Positions 17,402-21,652 of a DNA stretch of 21,652 nucleotides are shown here, piece by piece. Under the pieces are notes generated by a model that did not search any database, had not been told where the DNA came from, and saw only the letters and a program-made list of their open reading frames with translations. A program made the position numbers and the translations under genes. Origin of the DNA: a virus (Duplodnaviria; Heunggongvirae; Uroviricota; Caudoviricetes); IMG/VR virus record IMGVR_UViG_2516143027_000011, positions 1 to 21,652 of that record, one strand, 5' to 3'. Each line of letters begins with the position of its first letter. Position 1 is the stretch's first letter.

Positions 17402-17455
17402 AGACACGAATTAACACCACCGTTTTTTCATCACAGCCACGGCATAATTATCCGC

Positions 17456-18979
17456 ATGGCTAAATACTCTGAAGAATTAAAAGGCGTTGTTCGCGCACTT
17501 TATCTGCGCCGCTATACGCCAAAGGAAATCGCATCTGAATTAAATCTGCCGAATGCGCGGATCGTTTACTACTGGGCGGAGAAATACAGCTGGGCGGATT
17601 TGCTCAGTTTTGAAAGCACAGAGGAAGCGATTGAACGCCGTTACCAGCTGCTGGCCAGCCGCGATAACAAAACCGATCTCGACCTGAAAGAAATGGACAT
17701 GCTCATTGCTCATGCCACGAAACTGCGTGCGCAGAGTAATAAACACAAAGAGAAAATGGTCAGCGGTCAGAGTTCCGGGCAAGCAGCTGCGCGGGACAAC
17801 AATGACGACGAACCGCGCAGCAAACGGAAATACAAGAAAAACGATATTACCTCGCTGACGCAGGAGGACTTTGACGCATGGGCGGAGGAACATCTTTTTG
17901 AATATCAGAAACACCTGCGTAATAACATTGGCCAGCTTGTCAGGAACATCCTGAAAAGCCGCCAGATCGGTGCGACCTGGTATTTTGCGTTTGAAGCGTT
18001 TGAAAACGCGGTGATGACCGGCGATCCGCAAATCTTTCTGTCCGCGTCAAAGGCGCAGGCTGAAGTGTTCCGGTCTTACATCGTGAATATTGCAGAGCAG
18101 TATTTCGGTATTACGCTGACCGGCAACCCGATCCGCTTAAGCAACGGCGCAGAACTGCGTTTTCTCTCCACCAACAAAAACACCGCTCAGTCCTACAGTG
18201 GCCACCTGTACTGTGACGAATATTTCTGGGTGCCAAACTTTGCAAAACTTAACGAAGTGGCCAGCGCAATGGCCACACATGACAAGTGGCGCACCACCTA
18301 TTTTTCAACACCATCGGCAAAAACGCACCAGGCTTACCCGTTCTGGACTGGCGATGAGTGGAAACAGGGCAGTAAAAAACGTGCGGCCATTAAGTTTCCG
18401 TCCTTTAACGAAATGCGTGACGGCGGGCGACTCTGCCCGGATGGGCAATGGCGCTACGTCATTACGATGGAAGATGCCATTGCGGGCGGTTTCAACCTGG
18501 CGAACATCGAGAAACTGCGCAACCGCTACAACGACGCCACTTTTAACATGCTCTATATGTGCGTGTTCGTTGACAGCAAAGATTCCGTTTTCAGCTTTTC
18601 CGACCTGGAAGCCTGCGGCGTTGAAATCGACACCTGGCAGGATCACAACCCTGATGCAGCGCGGCCATTCGGTGACAGGCCAGTGTGGGGCGGCTTTGAC
18701 CCGGCTCGCAGCGGTGATTTGTCCTGTTTTGTCATCATCGCCCCGCCGATGTTCGTCGTGGAGAAGTTCCGCGTTCTGAAGGTGATTTACTGGAAAGGCA
18801 TGAACTTCCGATACCAGGCAAAACAGATCGAGCAGTTGTTCAAAAAATACAACTTCACTTATCTGGGGGTGGACGTTACCGGCATTGGCCAGGGTGTTTT
18901 TGACAACATTCAGCATTTTGCCATGCGCGTGGCCGTCCCTATTCGTTACGACCTAAACACCAAAATAAGCTGGTATTGA
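17456..18979 (+). CDS. Terminase large (ATPase) subunit, P2 gpP-like; reading frame ends prematurely at 507 aa
   Basis: Divergent from the scaffold gene across a 162-bp intergenic region, as in P2 (P/O). The C-terminal part continues in the -1 frame (next feature); the two pieces together are about the length of P2 gpP (about 590 aa, from memory). Confidence 0.7.
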   Translation: MAKYSEELKGVVRALYLRRYTPKEIASELNLPNARIVYYWAEKYSWADLLSFESTEEAIERRYQLLASRDNKTDLDLKEMDMLIAHATKLRAQSNKHKEKMVSGQSSGQAAARDNNDDEPRSKRKYKKNDITSLTQEDFDAWAEEHLFEYQKHLRNNIGQLVRNILKSRQIGATWYFAFEAFENAVMTGDPQIFLSASKAQAEVFRSYIVNIAEQYFGITLTGNPIRLSNGAELRFLSTNKNTAQSYSGHLYCDEYFWVPNFAKLNEVASAMATHDKWRTTYFSTPSAKTHQAYPFWTGDEWKQGSKKRAAIKFPSFNEMRDGGRLCPDGQWRYVITMEDAIAGGFNLANIEKLRNRYNDATFNMLYMCVFVDSKDSVFSFSDLEACGVEIDTWQDHNPDAARPFGDRPVWGGFDPARSGDLSCFVIIAPPMFVVEKFRVLKVIYWKGMNFRYQAKQIEQLFKKYNFTYLGVDVTGIGQGVFDNIQHFAMRVAVPIRYDLNTKISWY

Positions 18980-19230
18980 AAGCGGTGGACGTGGTGGAAA
19001 GCCAGCGTATTGAGTGGGATAAAAACCTGAAAGAGATCGCGGCCAGCTTTATGTCTGTGCGCCGAACCACCACACAAAGCGGCAATGCTATGACGTTTGT
19101 CGCTGACCGTAGCCAGGATACCGGCCACGCGGAGGCGTTCTGGGCGATTACCCACGGTCTGCATAACGAACCCCTTAACTATGAAAACAAACCTAAATCC
19201 CGCTGGGGTGTAAGGAAAGAGGCAGCATGA
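18904..19230 (+). CDS. Terminase large subunit C-terminal segment in -1 frame (frameshifted continuation; pseudogene or sequencing error)
   Basis: This frame is open from 18904 and overlaps the end of the upstream terminase ORF. It encodes ...LVLKAVDVVESQRIEWDKNLKEIAASF...ADRSQDTGHAEAFWAITHGL.... Its TGA overlaps the portal ATG (ATGA at 19227-19230). An A4 run at 18962-18965 is the likely indel site. Confidence 0.5.
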   Translation, partial: QHSAFCHARGRPYSLRPKHQNKLVLKAVDVVESQRIEWDKNLKEIAASFMSVRRTTTQSGNAMTFVADRSQDTGHAEAFWAITHGLHNEPLNYENKPKSRWGVRKEAA

Positions 19231-20288
19231 GTAAAAAGAAACGCTTTGTTAAGCGCGACCAGCGCGGCGACAAATCAAAAAAGATGAGCATTATCACATT
19301 CGGCAAACCTGAACCGGTTCTGACTACCGGCACAGATTACCGTGATATCTGGTACGACAATGCCGCCGATCACTTCACCCAGCCGATTGACCGGCTGGCA
19401 CTCGCACAACTGATTAATCTTAACGGTCAGCACGGCGGCATCATTCACGCCCGTAAAAACATGATTGTTTCAGACTATCAGGGGGGCGGGCTTATTCACG
19501 ACCAGCTGGAAGCGGCAGCGTTTGACTATATAACCTTTGGGGATATTGCGATTGCCAAAATTCGTAACGGCTGGGGCGACGTGATCGCACTTGAACCCTT
19601 GCCCGGTCTGTATATTCGCCGCCGCAAAGTCAGAGATAACGCCCAGGATAAACCCGGTGACTACGTGGTGTTACAGGAAGGGGAACCGCAGGTATGGCCA
19701 GAAGAAGATATTATCTTTATCAAAATGTATGACCCGCAACAGCATATCTACGGACTGCCGGACTACATCGGCGGTGTGCATTCCGCGTTACTTAACAGTG
19801 AAGCGGTCATTTTCCGACGCCGCTATTACCACAACGGTGCGCACACAGGCGGTATTCTTTATACCCGCGATCCCAGTATGACGGATGAAATGGAAGAAGA
19901 AATTGAACAGCAGCTGCGTGACAGCAAAGGTATCGGTAACTTCTCCACTATTCTGGTGAACATACCTGGCGGGGATGGGGATGCAATCAAGTTCATCGAA
20001 ATGGGGGATATTTCTGCAAAAGATGAATTTGCCAATATCAAAAACATCAGCGCCCAGGACATTCTGAACGCGCACCGTTTCCCTGCTGGCCTCGCCGGTA
20101 TTGTCCCGCAGAACACTGCCGGACTGGGGGATGTTGAAAAGGCTGAACGCATTTACAAGAAAAGCGAAATAGCCCCCATCCAGCGCCGTTTCATGCTGGC
20201 CGTTAACGGCGATCCCGAAATACCGAAAAGGCTACACCTTAACTTTGATTTAAGTTACACAGAATCAACGGATAAGGGTGCGGCATGA
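19227..20288 (+). CDS. Portal protein, P2 gpQ-like (353 aa)
   Basis: Strong AAGGAAAGAGG Shine-Dalgarno; follows the terminase as in P2 (P then Q); size matches gpQ. Confidence 0.7.
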   Translation: MSKKKRFVKRDQRGDKSKKMSIITFGKPEPVLTTGTDYRDIWYDNAADHFTQPIDRLALAQLINLNGQHGGIIHARKNMIVSDYQGGGLIHDQLEAAAFDYITFGDIAIAKIRNGWGDVIALEPLPGLYIRRRKVRDNAQDKPGDYVVLQEGEPQVWPEEDIIFIKMYDPQQHIYGLPDYIGGVHSALLNSEAVIFRRRYYHNGAHTGGILYTRDPSMTDEMEEEIEQQLRDSKGIGNFSTILVNIPGGDGDAIKFIEMGDISAKDEFANIKNISAQDILNAHRFPAGLAGIVPQNTAGLGDVEKAERIYKKSEIAPIQRRFMLAVNGDPEIPKRLHLNFDLSYTESTDKGAA

Positions 20289-20338
20289 GGCGAAACAGGC
20301 TAAAATCCAGGCATCATTTAACAGCTGGAGCATGGAAT

Positions 20339-20602
20339 ATGCGAGTTCTGAAAATCGAATGCCCGGAATGCGGCTCAAAGGCTGTTATTCGTAAAACGAA
20401 CAGGAAGCACCGGCAGATTGCGGATATTTACTGCGCCTGTTCAGATGTTGAGTGTGGCCATACGTTTGTTATGAATCTGACGTTCTCCCACACTCTCAGC
20501 CCCAGCGCGAAAACGGGTGATGCGATGGTGCAGATTCTACTTAACAGCCTGTCACCTTCTCAAAAACAGATGGCACTTGATTTACTGAGTAATGCTTCTT
20601 AA
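20339..20602 (+). CDS. Ogr/Delta-family zinc-finger late transcription activator (about 87 aa)
   Basis: CPECG...YCACSDVECGHTF matches the Ogr/Delta C-x2-C...C-x4-C motif (P2 Ogr: CPLCQ...YHQCQNVNCSATF). GGAG Shine-Dalgarno 8 nt upstream of ATG at 20339. An alternative start at 20285 would overlap the portal stop (ATGA). Confidence 0.65.
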   Translation: MRVLKIECPECGSKAVIRKTNRKHRQIADIYCACSDVECGHTFVMNLTFSHTLSPSAKTGDAMVQILLNSLSPSQKQMALDLLSNAS

Positions 20603-21330
20603 TCAGAATCTAATTTGGCTTTTGCTCTAATTGTTTCGATAAATTTCAATGAATCATGATTACCAAAAGCCTCTTTTTTATATGCTAGAATGATATCAGT
20701 GATTAGTTCTAAATTTCTGGCATCATCACTAAATAATGTATTAAAAGCGATATCATGTGTATAGGCATCAGGCAGGCCGTCAAGCAAGCGCCAATCCTCA
20801 ACAGGTAAATGTTCCAAAAAGGCATAACGCTCAAGCATTTTTTTATAATATGCATATGAAGATACTTTGTCTGCATGAGCAACATTTATCACTAACAGAA
20901 TCAATACTTCAAAGCTCAGAAAAGATCGAATAATACTTGTATAATATTTTCTCTTCTTATATTTAAAATCCAAAAAAGAACTTTTATCAATAAGCTTTAA
21001 TAAATGATACAACACTCTAAAGTAACTACTAAAAAACATATCCTTTTCATGCATTCGATTATTGGCTTCGCATAGAGAAAGCTCACCATGTCCGCCTCCA
21101 CCGGCTAAAACGTATGAAAATTGTGTTGAAAAATCAGAATTATTTTTTAACACATTTAGTTGTTCATTGTGTTGGGCAAGCAACAAAGAGAAATTTGAAT
21201 CAAAACGCTCCGCACGGCGATTAAAAAAAGATAACATCAAAGCAACAATGACAGAAAGAACTGTCCCTAAAGCAACAAAAAACTGTACTGCAAATTGATT
21301 ATCTTTCGCAAAATCATTCAAAGCAGACAT
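20599..21330 (-). CDS. AT-rich membrane-anchored protein of unknown function (about 243 aa); candidate accessory or defence cargo
   Basis: Base composition is markedly AT-rich compared with the phage genes. N-terminal transmembrane helix (FAVQFFVALGTVLSVIVALMLSFF) and a possible second hydrophobic segment. Convergent with the ogr-like gene, with overlapping stops. Start uncertain (21330, 21357 or 21390). Confidence 0.5.
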   Translation of the reverse strand: MSALNDFAKDNQFAVQFFVALGTVLSVIVALMLSFFNRRAERFDSNFSLLLAQHNEQLNVLKNNSDFSTQFSYVLAGGGGHGELSLCEANNRMHEKDMFFSSYFRVLYHLLKLIDKSSFLDFKYKKRKYYTSIIRSFLSFEVLILLVINVAHADKVSSYAYYKKMLERYAFLEHLPVEDWRLLDGLPDAYTHDIAFNTLFSDDARNLELITDIILAYKKEAFGNHDSLKFIETIRAKAKLDSD

Positions 21331-21445
21331 ATTAGACCTTCGCCGTTTAACTGTCATTCCATATTGCGAGCTAGCAATAATGTTGAGCATTTGTTTGGGG
21401 ACAGGGATTTTAATCCCCTAGCAGCATTTGTACAATTGGTATAAA

Positions 21446-21652
21446 TCAAACACGCTTTTGAAGTACGTCTCTACTAAGACTATCATGATTATCTAAAGTC
21501 TCCTTACGTATCAGGATTCGTAGGTCCTCTGTAATTTCGCCAATCCATTGTAAGGCCACCCTTTTTTCTTTCGATGAAGCCTCATCAATATTGGAAATTT
21601 TTGCCAGTAACTCAATACGTTCCAGCCCTGCTGACACCTCCAACAAATCCAT
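21446..21652 (-). CDS. Hypothetical protein, 3' end only (gene probably continues beyond the window edge); AT-rich
   Basis: Minus-strand ORF with stop at 21446 and open to the window edge; same strand and composition as the adjacent AT-rich gene, so possibly one operon. Confidence 0.35.
   Translation of the reverse strand: MDLLEVSAGLERIELLAKISNIDEASSKEKRVALQWIGEITEDLRILIRKETLDNHDSLSRDVLQKRV

Noticed and set aside
17540-18916. Minus-strand ORFs (163 aa and 203 aa) within the terminase gene
   Set aside because: Antisense to the terminase large-subunit ORF, with no independent support.
20281-20340. Possible cos site between the portal and ogr-like genes
   Set aside because: No convincing match to the P2 cohesive-end sequence as I remember it; cos cannot be assigned by eye.

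Overview
This window is almost entirely the late (morphogenesis and lysis) region of a P2-like temperate myovirus prophage in an enterobacterial-type genome. All calls rest on reading the six-frame translations and the raw sequence by eye; no database search was run, so family names are recognition-based. A long minus-strand operon (about 17.3 kb down to 0.43 kb) encodes, in order: capsid scaffold, major capsid, small terminase, head completion, two tail-completion/virion-morphogenesis proteins, sheath, tube, an embedded lysis cassette (holin, M15 endolysin, overlapping Rz/Rz1 spanins), tail assembly chaperone, tape measure, baseplate W/J/I, tail fibre, tail fibre assembly, two unassigned tail proteins and a spike-like protein. 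Divergently on the plus strand lie the large terminase (apparently frameshifted), the portal and an Ogr/Delta-type zinc-finger late activator. Several start codons in the ORF track are TTG/GTG artefacts and were re-set to internal ATGs with Shine-Dalgarno support. The items most worth follow-up are: (1) an unlisted 53-aa His-rich ORF built from a 63-bp tandem repeat, inserted between the small-terminase and head-completion genes and related to the tail-fibre C-terminal His repeats; (2) an AT-rich cargo locus at the right edge (membrane-anchored protein plus an upstream gene cut by the window), the best candidate for an accessory or defence system; (3) a programmed -1 frameshift in the tail chaperone gene; (4) the split terminase gene. 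No tRNA, rRNA, CRISPR array, integrase, transposase or att site was recognised.
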